A stretch of DNA of 64,000 nt, from NCBI RefSeq assembly GCF_009914755.1, contig NC_060929.1, one strand, 5' to 3'. The DNA is from the human T2T-CHM13v2.0 reference genome, Homo sapiens. The notes under the pieces are model-generated. The model searched no databases. It worked only from the letters and a program-made list of their open reading frames with translations, and was not told the origin of the DNA. Numbering within the stretch: the stretch's first letter is position 1; each line of letters opens with the position of its first letter. The translations under genes and the position numbers were made by a program. Of this stretch, positions 29,321 to 46,655 are shown piece after piece.

Positions 29321-30102
29321 CTTGCCAGATTCTTAATTCTGTCTCTTTGAATGTGGGAGTCGGCTATTATCTGTCTGTGTTCTAGGCATACCACACCTGG
29401 AATTTCTCAGGCACTAGGCTGGAGCACGTGTGGGGCTTATCTCATTTATTTCTAATCTAATAATGCTCTTTGTCTGTTGCTTTACTTAACTTCAGGAAAA
29501 GCAACCCCCTAGCCCATTTTCACCACTTTTTAGTGAATGCCCGTTGGCCCGTTGGCTATTTTTGGGTTTTTTGTTTTCTGAAGCCCACCAGATACTTCTT
29601 TTTGACTCCTTTTACTACATAGATGTGGATATTATTCACATCTTGTGTGTGTTGACAGTCAGTCACCATCTGTTTGCATTTTGGGAGAGTGAAGATAATT
29701 TTTCACCTAGGCTAGGATTTTTCCCAAGAGTTTTTGTTTCGTTTTGTTTTATGTGAATACTCAAAATATTTGGAAAAAATATATTTCTGCTTGCTGTTGT
29801 TATCTTTCACTAAATCTCCTCCAATCACTTTTAATTTCTAGCCTTACCTTTCTCTTAGACTTTTTTTACTCTAAAGACCAATCTAAAACAATTGGGAAAA
29901 CTTATCCTGTTGACTCTCATGTCTTTTTAGATGATTTCTATTATAGTCATGGACTATATCATTTGACTTAAAGCACAAGATTAATTGCCTTTATTTTTTA
30001 GTCTGTTGTATCCACCTATTTTCAAAGCAGGGCCTGATTCATGACTAATGTTATGAATTGGTGGGTTAGAGTTTCTCAGAGTATCATTAAAGAAGTTAAT
30101 AA

Positions 30103-30441
<339 letters not shown>

Positions 30442-31462
30442 TTAAAGCAATTTGTGTTATCCTCAGCCTTTTCCTGGGTACCTGCCAAACTGTTTTCAGA
30501 TTTTTTTGTTTTCTTCGTATGCACATTGATCAAAGCTTCTAATCTAATGCTTTCTTAGATGTCTGGAAAGTAACCTAATGCCTAAAAATCTATCACTTTG
30601 CAGTCTACCTTATGTCATTTGTCTACAAAAATCTGACTCTAGTTATCGTAACAAGGAATCTGTCCAATTTTAAGACAATGACATGAAATCATGTGTTTCT
30701 TGTCCTCAGGTAGATCCTAGTCTATGAGGGAAGGAGTCAAGATATGAAATTATTAAACTGACATGAATGATTTTAATAAAAAATGGAACAACAGTGTTAT
30801 GAGAACAGAGAAATCTTAAACAAAACTAATTCCACATAATGGAAAGATTTGGGAGAATGGCTTTATCAAAAACATGATAGGGAATTCAGTTTACATATTG
30901 TATATATATTATGTGTAAAAACCCAGAGGAAGTGTTGCTAAGTTCTGTCTATGCACTTTTTTAGAGAATACATATACACATCAATTAGTAATAAAATCTA
31001 AAAACAAAAAATTTCTTTAGGTCATTTCATAAGTTTATCACAATACAATGTGCTATGTACATAGCATATTTTCATTTTCTCTTGGTTAATCTTCTCTAGT
31101 CTCCAGTGGAGTTAATTAACTTGCAGTCATTTTTCATGTAAAATTCTTGAAAATTTGATGACCTTTAAAATATAATAGTGAAATAAAAATGTTTATTCTC
31201 TGAAGATTTACTGACAATCTAATGAATATTATTTTATAAATTATGACTAATAATAATTATCTTATTTTCCCCAAAGTATCCACAAAACTAGAACACTAAA
31301 ACAAAATGTAAAAATATAGAATACACCAAAGCACCTTTATTTTATTTATCTTTTGGATAAAAGGTGGCTAAAATTAAGGGCTTTGATAAGTAATTTTATT
31401 TAAAATTAAGTGCTTGATTTAATGTGGTAAAAATAAATTTTGAATAGAAAGTCAAACCATAC

Positions 31463-32985
31463 TGATATACTTTGGCTCTGTGTCACCACCCAAATCTCAT
31501 GTCAAAGTGTAATTCCCAATGTTGGGGAAGGGACGTGGTAGGACGTGATTAGATCATGGGGACAAATTTTCCCCTTGCTGTTCTCATGATAGTGAGTGAG
31601 TTCTCACAAGACCTGGTTGTTTAAAAGTGTGTAGCGCTGGCCGGGCACGGTGGCTCACGCCTGTAATCCCAGCATTTTGGGAGGCCGAGGCTGGTGGATC
31701 GCGAGGTCAGGAGATCGAGACCATCCTGGCTAACATGGTGAAACCCTGTCTCTACTAAAAATACAAAAAAATTAGCCAGGCGTGGTGGCAGACACCTGTA
31801 ATCCCAGCTACTCAGGAGGCTGAGGCAGGAGAATGGCGTGAACCTGGGAGGAGGAGCTTGCAGTGAGCGCAGATCGCACCGCTGCACTCCAGCCTGGGCT
31901 ACAGAGCGAGACTCAGTCTCAAAAAAAAAAAAAAAAAGTGTATAGCACTTTCCAGCTTTGCTCTCTTCCTCCTGCTCCACCATGTGAAGAACTTGCTTGC
32001 TTCCCCTTCACACTTCTACTATGATTGTCAGTTTCCTGAGGCCTTCCCAACCATGCTTCCTGTATAGCCTGAAGAACTGTTGAGCCAATTAAACCTTTTT
32101 TCCTAATAAATTACTCAGTCTCAGGTAGTTCTTTATAGCAGTGTGAGAATAGACAAATACAGAAAATTCGTACCAGGGAAGTGGGGCATTGTTCTAAAAA
32201 TACCTCAAAATGTGGAAGCAACATTGGAACTAGGTAATGGGAAGAAGTTGGAACAGTTGGAAGGGCTCAGAAGAAGACAGGAAGATGAGGGAACGTTTGG
32301 AAATTCTTAGAGACTTATTGAATGTTTGTGACCAAAATGCGGATAGTGATAGGCACAGTGAAGTCCAGGCTGAGGTGGTCTCAGATGGAGATGAGAAACC
32401 TACTGGGAACTGGAGTAAAGGTCACTCTTGCTATGTTTTAGCAAAGAAGCTGGTGGCATTGTGCCCCTGCTCTAGAGATCTGTTGAACTGCGAACTTGAG
32501 AGAGATGATTTAGGATATATGGCAGAAGAAATTTCTAGGCAGCAAAGCATTCAAGATATTGCCTGGTTTCTTCTAAAAGCCTACACTCGCTTGCGGCAGA
32601 ATAATTAATATGATTTGTCTCTGTGTTCCTACCCAAACCTCAGGATAAATTGTTAATTTTCAATATTGGGGGAGGGACCTGGTGGAGGTGATTGGATCAC
32701 GGAGGTGGATTTCTCCTTTGCTGTTCTTGTGGTAGTGAGTGAGTTAGTTCTCATGAGACATAGTTGTTTCAAAATGTGTAACACATCCCCCTTCACTCTT
32801 TCTCTTGTGCCACGTGAGGATTGTGCCTGCTTCCTATTCACCCTTTTCCCATGATTGTAAGTTTTTGTGAGCCCTCACGACCATGCTTTCTGTACAGCCT
32901 GCAGAACTGTGAGTCAGTTAAACCTCTTCATAAATTACTCAGTCTCAGGCAGTTCTTAAGAGCAGTGTGAGAACAGACAAATACA
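31463..32985 (+). mobile_element. Internally deleted MSTA/B provirus: LTR 31463-32161, short internal region, LTR 32606-32985
   Basis: Two LTRs ending agacaaataca; MaLR-int start gaaaattcgtaccag; TSD catac/caaac. Confidence 0.88.
31639..31933 (+). mobile_element. AluY inside the MST LTR
   Basis: gagatcgagaccatcctggctaac, gaatggcgtgaacc; TSD aaaagtgtgtagcgct / aaaagtgtatagcact. Confidence 0.95.
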
Positions 32986-33049
32986 CAAACCAAAGGAACA
33001 AACAAATACACACATGAGGTAAAATAATGTGGCCTCATTTAGGATTCCT

Positions 33050-33545
33050 GTATTCATTCCACAAATATTTACTGAGCTTCTTCTGTTTGAGAACCACTGT
33101 ATACAAGAGATATGTTTCTTGCTATAATTAAACATATACCTAAACCTGGAAATATAACAGATGGCTTAAGTAATAATAAATATATATGGAAAAACTATGA
33201 AGTGGTATGAGAAAATTTATGGGTGTATTCTAATCTTGAATGGGAGAACAGTGTTGGCTCTTCTGGGAAAAACACGTTTCAGCAGAGCAGTTAGGTGGAG
33301 AAGAAAAGAGAAGACACTCTTGTCAATTGAACTACATATCTTAAAGCCCTAGACAGTGAGAAAAAAAAGGAGATTAAAGGAAGAGAGAAAACCAGCATGA
33401 ATGAATCATGTTAAGAAGTGCAGAGACCTCTACTGTATTAGAGATATTAAGAAGAGGCCAAAAGTAATACTTTGAGCTTTATCCTAAGAAAAATGTGAAG
33501 CCTTCAGTGACTTTTAAGAATGATCACATTTACATTTTAAGAATA
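33050..33545 (-). mobile_element. L2 3' fragment
   Basis: tattcattccacaaatatttactgagc L2 terminus followed by purine-rich L2-like sequence. Confidence 0.6.
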
Positions 33546-34049
33546 GATCAGTGAAACTCCTGCCCTTTGTGAGGCTCTCAGTAAAGCCTTATCAGACAGA
33601 CTTTCTTATAGATTATAAATAAAATTTGTGAACATAATATAAAATGTAGCTCCCTGAAGGTACCATATAGTAAATATACAGATCCTAGTGGGAAGTAGGT
33701 ACTCCAAGGAGATAAGCTGTATATGGTGATTTGCAGCTTTTGTTGATTTTATCTCAAGAGCTATTCATAAGATGATTGTGATTATGGAATAAGGTAACAT
33801 AGGTAAAACTGTCTGGCATAAGATGTTCAATAACTATTACTTATTAAAGTTATTAAGATAAAGTTTCCTTATCCAAACCAAATACTTTAGTTTTTATAAG
33901 AGTTGAAACTTCAAGGCTCCTCTGTACATTCACCCTAGATTATTAATTTTGGTAATTAATTATAACGTTACAAATTATATTGTGATAGATAAGTATTATA
34001 ATATCTATCCATGTATATCACTGCTAGATTTCCCAATACCTCTAAATTT

Positions 34050-34175
34050 ATTTCAATATTTTGGAGATGAAACATTAAGCCTCAGAAAAGTAACTTGTTC
34101 AGTGTGACTTAGTGAGGGATACACAGAAGAAATATGGTTTGAACCCACATTTTTATACCCCAAATCCAATGTTTC
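34050..34175 (-). mobile_element. MIR
   Basis: attttggagatgaaacattaagcctcagaaaagtaacttgttc...ggtttgaaccca. Confidence 0.65.
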
Positions 34176-36127
34176 AATATTAGACTAATTGAGGAAAAAT
34201 ATCAAGTTTCTAAATGCATTGCATTCTAACAGATTTGTTCATATGATTAATGTGCTCTTCAGCAAACAATTCAATATCGTTTTCCTCATGACTTGTGGCA
34301 TTGATAAAACAAGGAGGCAAACACAAAAACACAAAAATGCTAAAACCCACCAAGGTGAGTTATATGAACAAATCATTTTCTAAAACACTCAAGTTATGGC
34401 ATGGGAAAGATTCTTGAAGATTAAGTTATATCAAGATCCTCGAGTGAGAATAAGTAACACTGAAGTCTTAGAAATTAACTTCAGCTACCCCTAGGGAAGA
34501 GATTGCATGACACACAGTGTGATTTTTATTCTGTGATTTTAACTAATTTAGGATTGATCTGATTTCCATCCTGCTGTTCCTTTCTAAAATATATCAGAAT
34601 TAGTATGTCAATGAGCTTTGTATTTTAGCAAGTGTTGAATTTGCGATGTACACTTATGTTTAGTTGTATCAGAGACTAATAACCCTTTGTTAAAACTATA
34701 TTCAGAAAATACACAGATGTCTATGAACAGTGCCTTCTATCTTGGTTCCAGGATAGGCCTGGTTAATCTAATGAACACAATAAATATCCTTAATACAATT
34801 AAATAAAAACCAAAATTGTAAACAAATTTAGACCTACATAATATAACTCACTCTTAAAGTGTTGATGCGCCTTAGACAAGAATTCAAAGTATAACTATTT
34901 CATTTGTAAATGTATGCAGTTTTGAATAATGCTAGATGATTATTTACTGAATAATTACTCAGAGAACATTACTATTCAAAAATTAATTATGCCATCATTT
35001 CCTTGCAAAAATAGACACATGCATGTTCAAAGCCCCAGGAGCTGAGAGCAAAAGATGAGCATTAGGCAGGAACATCAGCCCACATAAAGTGTATTTCTCA
35101 CGTATACTGGCAAGTGAAGGATAAATGAGAGGAACCCGAGGAAATAACTCAATATAACATCTGCCTGATCGACGTCTTCAAAGTAATGAATCATCTCTCA
35201 TGGGAAATTTACAGAACCCATTTTTATGTGCATTTGGCATTACACTAACTCATCGGTTTTTAAGCTCCAATTTGGGTCTTGCTATATTTTTTTAGAACAC
35301 ATATTTATACTAAAGGTAAAGAATTTTATGACCTTGTTATTTATAAGATTTTGTAACTATTGAGGAATTTGACACGATCTCGTGTTGTTAAATCTTCAAA
35401 TAATTAGCACCTTTTCTGACTATAAAACTAGACATTTTTATCAAATTATAGACTTAGGTAGTTTGGTTTCAGGATTAGCATGAGTTATCTTTTAACTAAT
35501 TCCAAAATGATGTCTCTTAATTACTTGGATTGGAATTTAACCTAGTTAAACTTTCATATTTGCAAGGAGTGTGAAAAATTGTTATTCAATTAAAAGAAAC
35601 AGAGAAACATTCATTTGGACTATCTTTACATAAATATTTAGCTAAAAAAATGATCTTAGATTCAAAGGAATGCATGTGAATTAATATATTGAATAGATTT
35701 ATACATATTACAGGAGTAAAGGAAAGCCTCAAAATAAGTATGTGTTTTGAAATGCACAGTTTTAAATAAATAAGATTGTAAGATTGTCTTTTTTTGTAGA
35801 ATAAGGCTTTTATTTCTGTGGAGATTAAGCAAATTCATTATAAGAAGTAAGCTAGCAAACCGTGAGGTGAAGATAAATATTCATTGAAATATCTCCCCTA
35901 CTGCCCAGGTACATTGTGTTAAGAAAGTGTATGTTGCTGAGGGAGCAGTAAGTCAAATCCAAGAGACTTAAGGAAGGTATATTTGTGCAACTTTGGTGAA
36001 AACTAAGTGGTGGCTGGAGAGCTGGGGACAGCAAAGGAAAAAAGAGAGATTTAACATTTGACAAAACAGAAATCATTAACTCAAAATTTTTTAATTTGTT
36101 AATTAAAATAGATGGATAAAGTAGTCA

Positions 36128-36478
<351 letters not shown>

Positions 36479-36599
36479 AAAAGAAAGAACCCCTCGTTTA
36501 TAAAAAGTCCTAGTGGTGACCAACCACACATGGGAAAATTCAGCAAAGTGAAAAATGCAATAAGCAATAAGTGGAATTTTTTAAAAGGCAGCAATAAAG

Positions 36600-36752
36600 G
36601 GGAGTATAAGAGAGAATGGGGACAAAAGTAAAGATAGCATAGTTGTATTGTTTATTTTCTTATTTTGTAAGGAAGCCAAACAGGAAGTATAAGACAGAAG
36701 GGAGAGAAAAAGTAAAGATAGCATTGTTCTGTTGTTTATTTTCTTATTTTGT
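36600..36752. repeat. Diverged direct repeat, period 84 bp
   Basis: agtataaga.agaa.gg...aaaagtaaagatagcat.gtt.t.ttgtttattttcttattttgt twice. Confidence 0.85.
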
Positions 36753-37154
36753 CACCTTTCATTCATCAATCTGCTTTAGTCCCTGTATCACTATATATAA
36801 CTACACACTTTGTAAATAAAGGCTTTCCACATAGCTTAGACATTAGGGTTATAATTACATTACATTGCAGTTTTATACTCTCTACTTCATATTCATTGTC
36901 CTCTCTCTCCACTCTTTCATCCATCTTTAATAACTTGATCTCATTAAATCCAAAGGATCTAAAGTGCTTATTAATTTTCATAGATTATAAAGCTAAGATT
37001 AACTGTTGTAAAAAGGCTTACTCAAATCTCCACAGGCAGTTGCTATGCTGAAATTCAAATTGAGGGCAATGCTAATCCAAAGGTAGTGACACTGGACTTA
37101 GTGTAAAAGGATGCAGTGACATCACCTAGACCAAAAAGAGTGTAGCAGGATGTT

Positions 37155-37480
37155 TACTCACTCAACAAACAATTACTAATGCCTAATATTGGCAAAATGT
37201 ATTTTATACAGATAATGCAAGAATTTATAGAATTGATTTCCCACACAATCGCAGCCTAGTGATGCCAACAGGCAAAAAACATAAAGAAATCTAGAAAACA
37301 TTTTATTGATGCTATGGTCTGGGTATGGAGGGGGTACTATAGGTGTACATTACAGGGAAATGTAAGCAGAATTTATGGAAGTGTATTGGGGTATAGTGTG
37401 TAGACAAAGAAGTCAAACTGCAGAATGTAAAACTAGTATTTTAAATGAAGGAAAAGTAGAAGCTAGGCAACTAAAGAACA
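37155..37480 (-). mobile_element. L2 fragment
   Basis: actcactcaacaaacaattactaatgcctaatattggcaa resembles the L2 3' terminus. Confidence 0.5.
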
Positions 37481-37727
37481 GGTTAAACAGAAAAATCATA
37501 TATTCTAGAGGAAATTAATAACCAGATAAATGAACTGATTTCTATGTAGGTCAAATTTGTATTAGTGAAGAGGGACAGTTGTGAGTGAGGGTCTCTGTGA
37601 GGACATCATACTGAAGAGGTTAGTAATGTGGTATTCTTATGTTATAAAGTACTTATATCATTCTAACAGTAATTAACATTAAAGAATATCATTTTAGTAA
37701 TGAATATTTAGTTATAAGAAAACAAAT

Positions 37728-40700
37728 ATTAAAAGAATGAAATTGAGACCTTATCTTACATTATACACAAAAATTAACTCAAAATGGATTAAAAACTGAA
37801 ATGCATGAGCTTATGCTGTAAATCTCCTAGAAGAAAACATAAGGGAAAGCTTTATGTTGGTCTTCTCAATGATTTATTAGATATGACAGTAAAAGCAAAG
37901 GCAACAAAAATAAAAATAAACAAGTGGGACTATACATATCAAATTAAAAACCTTCTGTGTATAAAAAGAAAGAATCAACCAAATAAAGAGACAACCTACA
38001 GAATAGGAGAAAATATTTGAAAATCATACATTTGATAAAAGGTTAATATCCAAAGTACAGAAGGAACTCAAAGAACTAGAAAGGAAAAGAAAACAAAACT
38101 GAAAATAAACATAAAAAACCTCACAGCCCACAAATAGGTCAAATAAAAATGAGCAAAGGACTTGAATAGGCATTTCTCCAAAGATACATACAAATGGCCC
38201 ATAGGTCTATGAAAAAGTGCTCAATCATCAGAGAAATGCAAATGAAAACCCCAATGAGAACTTATTGAACACCTGTTTATAATGGCCATTATATATATAT
38301 AAATAACAGCAAGGGTTGTAAGGGAGAAATTGGAACCCTTGGGCACTGTTGATGGAAATGTAAGGTGATGCAGCCACTATGGAAGACAGTGGAAATGTCT
38401 TTAAAAAGTTAAATAGAACTACTGTATGATCCAAATGTGTCCAAATGCATCATACTGTAGTTCAAACCACTTCTGAGTATTTACACAAAATAATTGAAAT
38501 CACTATATTGAAGAGATACATACATGCATTCTTACATTTGTTGCAGCACTACTCACAATAGTGGAGATTTAGAAACAATCTAAATGTGCATTGGCAAATG
38601 AATGATAATTTGGTATGTATATAAACTGGAACATTCAGCCTTAATAAAGAAGGAAATTTTGTCATATGCTAAAGCATAGATGAAACTTGAGGGCATTATG
38701 CTGAGGAAAATAAGCCAGTCAAAAAGGGGAAAATATTGAACATTCTATTTATATGAGGTATCTAAAAAATAGTTAAGCTCATAGAAACAGAACATATAAT
38801 GGTGGTTACCAGAGACTGTGGGAGGGGGAGGGGGAATTTACAACTCAGTAGGTATACAATTTTACCATGTGAGACGAAAAGGTTCTAAAGTTCTAGAGAT
38901 TCACTGTTGTATTAGTCTGTTTTCACACTGCTGATAAAGACATACCCAAAACTGGTCAATTTACAAAAGAGATTCATTGGACTCACAGTTCCATGTGCCT
39001 GGGAGGACACACAATCATGGAGGAAGGTGAAAGCCACATCTCACATGGCAGCAGACAAAAGAAGAGAGAGCTTGTGCAGGGAAACTCCCATTTCTAAAAC
39101 CATCAGATCTCGTGAGACTTATTCACTATCAGGAGAACAGCACAAGAAAGACCCACCACCCTCATGATTCTATTATCTCCCACCACGTCCCTCCCATAAA
39201 ACTTGGATATTATGGGAGTTACAAGATGAGATTTGAGTGAGGACACAGAGACAAATAATATCATTCCACCCCTGGATCCTCCCAAAATCTCATGTATTCA
39301 CATTTCAAAACACAATCATGCCTTCCCAACAGTCCCCCAAAGTCTTAACTCATTTCAGCATTAACTCAAAAGTCCCCAGGCCCATGTCTTATCTGAGACA
39401 AGGCAAGTACCTTTTGCCTCTGCGCCTGTAAAATAAAAAGTAAGTTAGTTATTTCCTAGATACAATGGGGTACAAGAATTAGGTAAATACAGCCGTTCTG
39501 AATGGGAGAAATTGGCCAAACAAAGGGGCTACAGGCCCCATGCAAGTCTGAAATCCAGCAGGGGAGTCAAATCTTGAAGTTCCAAAATGATCTCCTTTGA
39601 CTCCATGTTGCACATTCAGGTCATGCTGATGCAAAAGCTGGGTTTCCATGTCTTGAGCAGCTCCACCACTGTGGCTTTGCAGGGTACAGCCTCCCTTCCA
39701 GCTGCTTTGACTGGCTGGTGTTAAGAATCTGTGGCTTTTTCAGGCTCATGGTGCAAGCTGTCAGTGGATCTATCATTTTGGGATCTGGAGGACTGTGGCC
39801 CTCTTCTCACAGCTCCACTAGGTGGTGCCCCAGTAGGGACTCTGTGTGAGGGCTCCTACCCCACATTTCCCTTCCACACTGACCTAGCAGAAGCTCTTCA
39901 TTAGGACTCCATCCCTGCAGCAAACTTCTACCTGGGCATCCAGGAGTTTCCATACATCTTCCGAAATCTAGGTGCAGGTTACCAAACCTCCATTCCTGAC
40001 TCCTGTGCACTTGCAGGCTCCACACCACATGGAAGCTGCCAAAGCTTGAGGTTTGCACCCTCTGAAGCCATAGCCTGAGTTCTACATTGGTACCTGTCAG
40101 CCAGAGCTGGAGCAGCTGAGACACAGGGCACCAAGTCCCTAGGAGTCACACAGCACTGGGACCCTGGGCCCTGGACCAGGAAACCATTTTTTCCTCCTAA
40201 GTCTCTGGCCTGTGATGAGAGGGGCTGCTGCAAAGGTCTCTTGCATGCCTTGGAGACATTTTACCCATTGTCTTGGTGATTAACATATGGATCCTTATTA
40301 CTTAGCATATTTCTGTATCTTGCTTGAATTTCTCCACAGAAAATGGGATTTTCTTTTCTACTGCATTGTCAGGCTGCAAATTTTCCAAACTGCTATGCTC
40401 TGTTTTCCTTTTAAAACTGAATGCCTTTATTAGCACCCAAGTCACCTCTTGAACGCTTTACTGCTTAGAAAGTTCTTCCGCCAGGTACCCTAAATCATCT
40501 CTCTGAAGTTCAAAGTACTACAAATCTCTAGGGCAGAGGCAAAATGCTGCCTATCTCATTGCTAAAACATAACAAGAGTCACCTTTGCTGTAGTTCCCAA
40601 CAAGTTCTTCATCTCCATCTGAGACCACCTCAGCCTGGGTTTCATTGTCCATATCACTATCAACATTTTGATCAAAGCCTTTCAACAAGTCTCCAGGGAG

Positions 40701-41305
40701 TTCCACACTTTCCCACATTATTCTGTCTTCTTCTGAGCCCTCAAGCCTGTTACAACTCCTGCCTGTTACCCAGTTCCAAAGTTGTTTCCACAATTTCAGG
40801 AATATTTTCAGCAGTGCCCACTCTACTGGTACCAATTTACTGTATTTGTTCATTTTCACACTGCTGATAAAGACATATCCATACTGGGCAATTTATAAAA
40901 GAATGAGGTTTATTGGACTCATAGTTCCATGTGTTTGGGGAGGCCTCACAATCATTGTGGAATATGAAAGGCATGTCTCACATGGTGACAGACAAGAGAG
41001 GAGACAGCTTGTGCAGGGAAACTCCTGTTTTTAAAATCATCAGATCTCATGAGACTTATTCACTATCATGAGAACAGCATGGGAAAGACCCGCCCCATTA
41101 TTCAATTATCTCCCACCAGTGCCCTCTCACAACACGTGGAAATTATGGGAGTTATGAGATTTAGGTGGGGACACAGAGCCAAACCATATCAACTGTATAG
41201 CAATGTAGATATAATTAACAATACTGTACTGTATGCTTAAAAAGTTGTTGAGTGCATATTTCATGTTATATATTACTTAGCACAATAAATACATTTAAAA
41301 AATTA
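37728..41305 (+). mobile_element. L1MA9/L1MB-like 3' portion, split by a THE1 provirus
   Basis: ORF2 end (acaaaaattaactcaaaatggatt; KATKIKINKWDY) and 3'UTR resuming at 41192. Confidence 0.82.
38908..41191 (-). mobile_element. Complete THE1A/B provirus: LTR 38908-39263, internal 39264-40840, LTR 40841-41191
   Basis: Both LTRs run TGTATT...ATATCA; THE1-int sequence; perfect TSD ACTGT (38903-38907 / 41192-41196). Confidence 0.95.
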
Positions 41306-42071
41306 AATATAAGACTATCTGCACAGTTGGAGAGCTCTGCTCTGATGCACAAGACTCTTACTTTTCATGAAATTATAGTTAGTCACATAAACTCCAACAT
41401 CCATTGTGTTTCACCCCCCAATTAGAAATGCCTATTTTTCTTATCACTGTAACTCTCTAATATATTCATATGGCTAAGTAGTTATGTAAGTCTTTTGTAC
41501 CTGAAGAGCGGGGCCACATTGCCAAAAAAAACCCAGAATATTTTAAGAGGAGAACATAGCTCTTAAGCTTTGAAACTTGTGGCAAGAGCCTGGCTGTTGA
41601 GGGTTTACACTGTGAGACATTGTAAGTTGGCTTCAATATATAACATACTAATAATGTGGACATCTCAATGCCCCAAAGTTAAAAAAAAGCTATTCAACTC
41701 ATATTCTTTCACTGTCTCTAACAGTGTTGGCATCCATCAGCAGGGAATTTAAAAATGTATAAGGAATTGGGAACATTTTTCATATCTTGTATTGGCTAAA
41801 GTGGACAATGGACTCATCTGTGAAAAGAGATTTCAACTTTTCACAAAAAATGAAAAAAAAGAGTTAAAGCCAGACCAACCAGGAGTTGAAACAGGAACTA
41901 AAAAACCAGTTACAATTTTCTGCTTTCTTAACAACACTGTTATGTTTCCATCCCTCTCTGATTACTTCACTGTTCTCACTGCCTGAAGATTGGATGTCTG
42001 CACTAGATTAAAAAGGGAGAGACTATTTGGAAATAACCATTGTATTAATGTCATTTAAAATGGTGTATGGC

Positions 42072-44825
<2,754 letters not shown>

Positions 44826-45004
44826 AAATAGTGTGTGACACATGCTGGCTGTTTAATTATTTGATGTTTCTATGCACAAACAATGGAAAATGTCTCCTCT
44901 TGTTTTCTGTATGTCTTTTGAGGCTATTCATGAAGCTGACTCAAATTAGTGTCATCTAATTACAAATTACTAGTAGAAAATCACTAGCTAGCCGCATAGG
45001 AATC

Positions 45005-45400
45005 CCTTTATTCAATATTCACTCAATAACATGTGAGAAGCAGACTTTTGTCTGATGTAAGTATAGAGGCACAGAAAATACAAAGGCCATATCTTTCATG
45101 TACATATAAGTTTTGCTATAAGAATGGTTAGCAGAGCAGTATTTTAACCGAATATTAAAAACTCAGTGAATGTTTCTGAGAGGAGAAATAATGTATTAAG
45201 ATCTTTACATCCTTGAAAATTATGACTGGAGAAATCAAGATTGGTTGGTGCTAGAAAAGGGCATACTGAAAGGTCAGGCAGGAGGGTGTTGGCATAAAGT
45301 GTGGCTTAACATGGATGGTACCATTGGAAATGGAAGAGAAATGAGAGATCAGTGATACAGTTTATAGTAATTAAGGTGAGAAATGTGACATAATTTAAAC
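45005..45400 (-). mobile_element. L2 fragment
   Basis: tattcactcaataacatgtgagaagc...gtaattaaggtgagaaatg. Confidence 0.45.
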
Positions 45401-46244
45401 ACATGTCAATATATTAATGCATTCTAAATACACTGTCATAGAAGGTTTGAGTTAGATACAGGAAAAAAAATGCTTATACAGTTCAAATATACATGTTCTT
45501 ATGGGCCAGAGCTGCCACTGTCACATGTGCTTTTACATGCCACCAGATAAGTAAGAATGTGAACAAGGGCATTTAAATCCACATGTCTGAAAAATGTGGC
45601 TTGTTAGTTTAAGTGTTCTCTTTAATTTCAGTAATGAGTTATATATTTAAGAAGGTCTTTGGGACACATGCAGATATCAGAAACTTGATGGATTCTTGCT
45701 TTCAATGGAATGGCTTCAGTGGCCTATTTTGATGGTAATAAGTTCTCATTAGATTGAACGACGTATTTTCTGATGATTATTTGAATTTTGTAGTCAAATG
45801 ATTTGCATTTATCTTTGACAGTCTAAATGATCTATATGCTACATTATAAATACTACTTTACAGAAAGAAGTTATTTTTCTTTGGTAAATTTGGGCAAAAA
45901 TTACAAAATATAGTCAATATTTTATTTTCTTCCTTGATACTTTTGTGTATTTCTTTTCAATTTTGATTAAAAACATCATGGCAATGATAAATAGCTTTTC
46001 ATTTCTAAAAGCCTATATATTGTGAGAAATATATATGTATATATTTTGAAAGTTATTGTGGGAATAAAAAATGTGAGAAATTTTTTTTCTAAATAGAGGA
46101 GACTTTTTCATATGGAATAACACATACATTGAGAGTGTATCTTTGACTTCTTTCTTCAAGTATTTTGACAGATGGTGGAAGTAATAGTGAGCTACATTTG
46201 GATCCGAGTAGTGGATACTTTATAAATATAAATAACATATATCT

Positions 46245-46560
46245 GCTCAGCTGTGGTAGCTCATGCTTGTAATCCCAGCACTTTGGGAGGCTGAGGTGGG
46301 AGGATAACTTGAGGTCAGGAGTTCAAGACCAGCCTGGGCAACAGCGTGAGACACCATAACTACAATTAAAAAAAAATCAACTGGGCACAGAGGTGCATGC
46401 CTGTAGACATTGCCAGTAGTACCCATGCCTGTAGACCCTACTCAGGAGGCTGAGGCAGGAGGATTACTTACACCTAGTAGTTGAAGGTTACAGTGAACTA
46501 TGATCATGCCACTGCAGTTCAGCCTGGGCAACAGTGTGAGACCCTGTCTCTAATTTAAAA
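46245..46560 (+). mobile_element. AluJ with an internal rearrangement
   Basis: gggaggataacttgag, cctgggcaacag, gaactatgatcatgccactgca, gagaccctgtctc; catgcctgtagac duplicated. Confidence 0.88.
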
Positions 46561-46655
46561 CATATACACACACATATGTGTGTGTGTGTGTGTGTATAGC
46601 TTTGTAGTTATATAGATATAGATATAGGTATAGGTATAGATATAAATAGATATAG
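46561..46655. repeat. (CA)n/(TG)n and (TATAGR)n microsatellites
   Basis: Visible directly. Confidence 0.85.

Noticed and set aside
32237-32608. 123-aa ORF similar to the ORF at 40551-40859(-)
   Set aside because: Both are homologous MaLR internal sequence (MST-int and THE1-int), not a host gene family.
36749-37051. 100-aa ORF and other short ORFs in unique AT-rich DNA
   Set aside because: No recognisable domain, often non-ATG starts, composition typical of random AT-rich frames.
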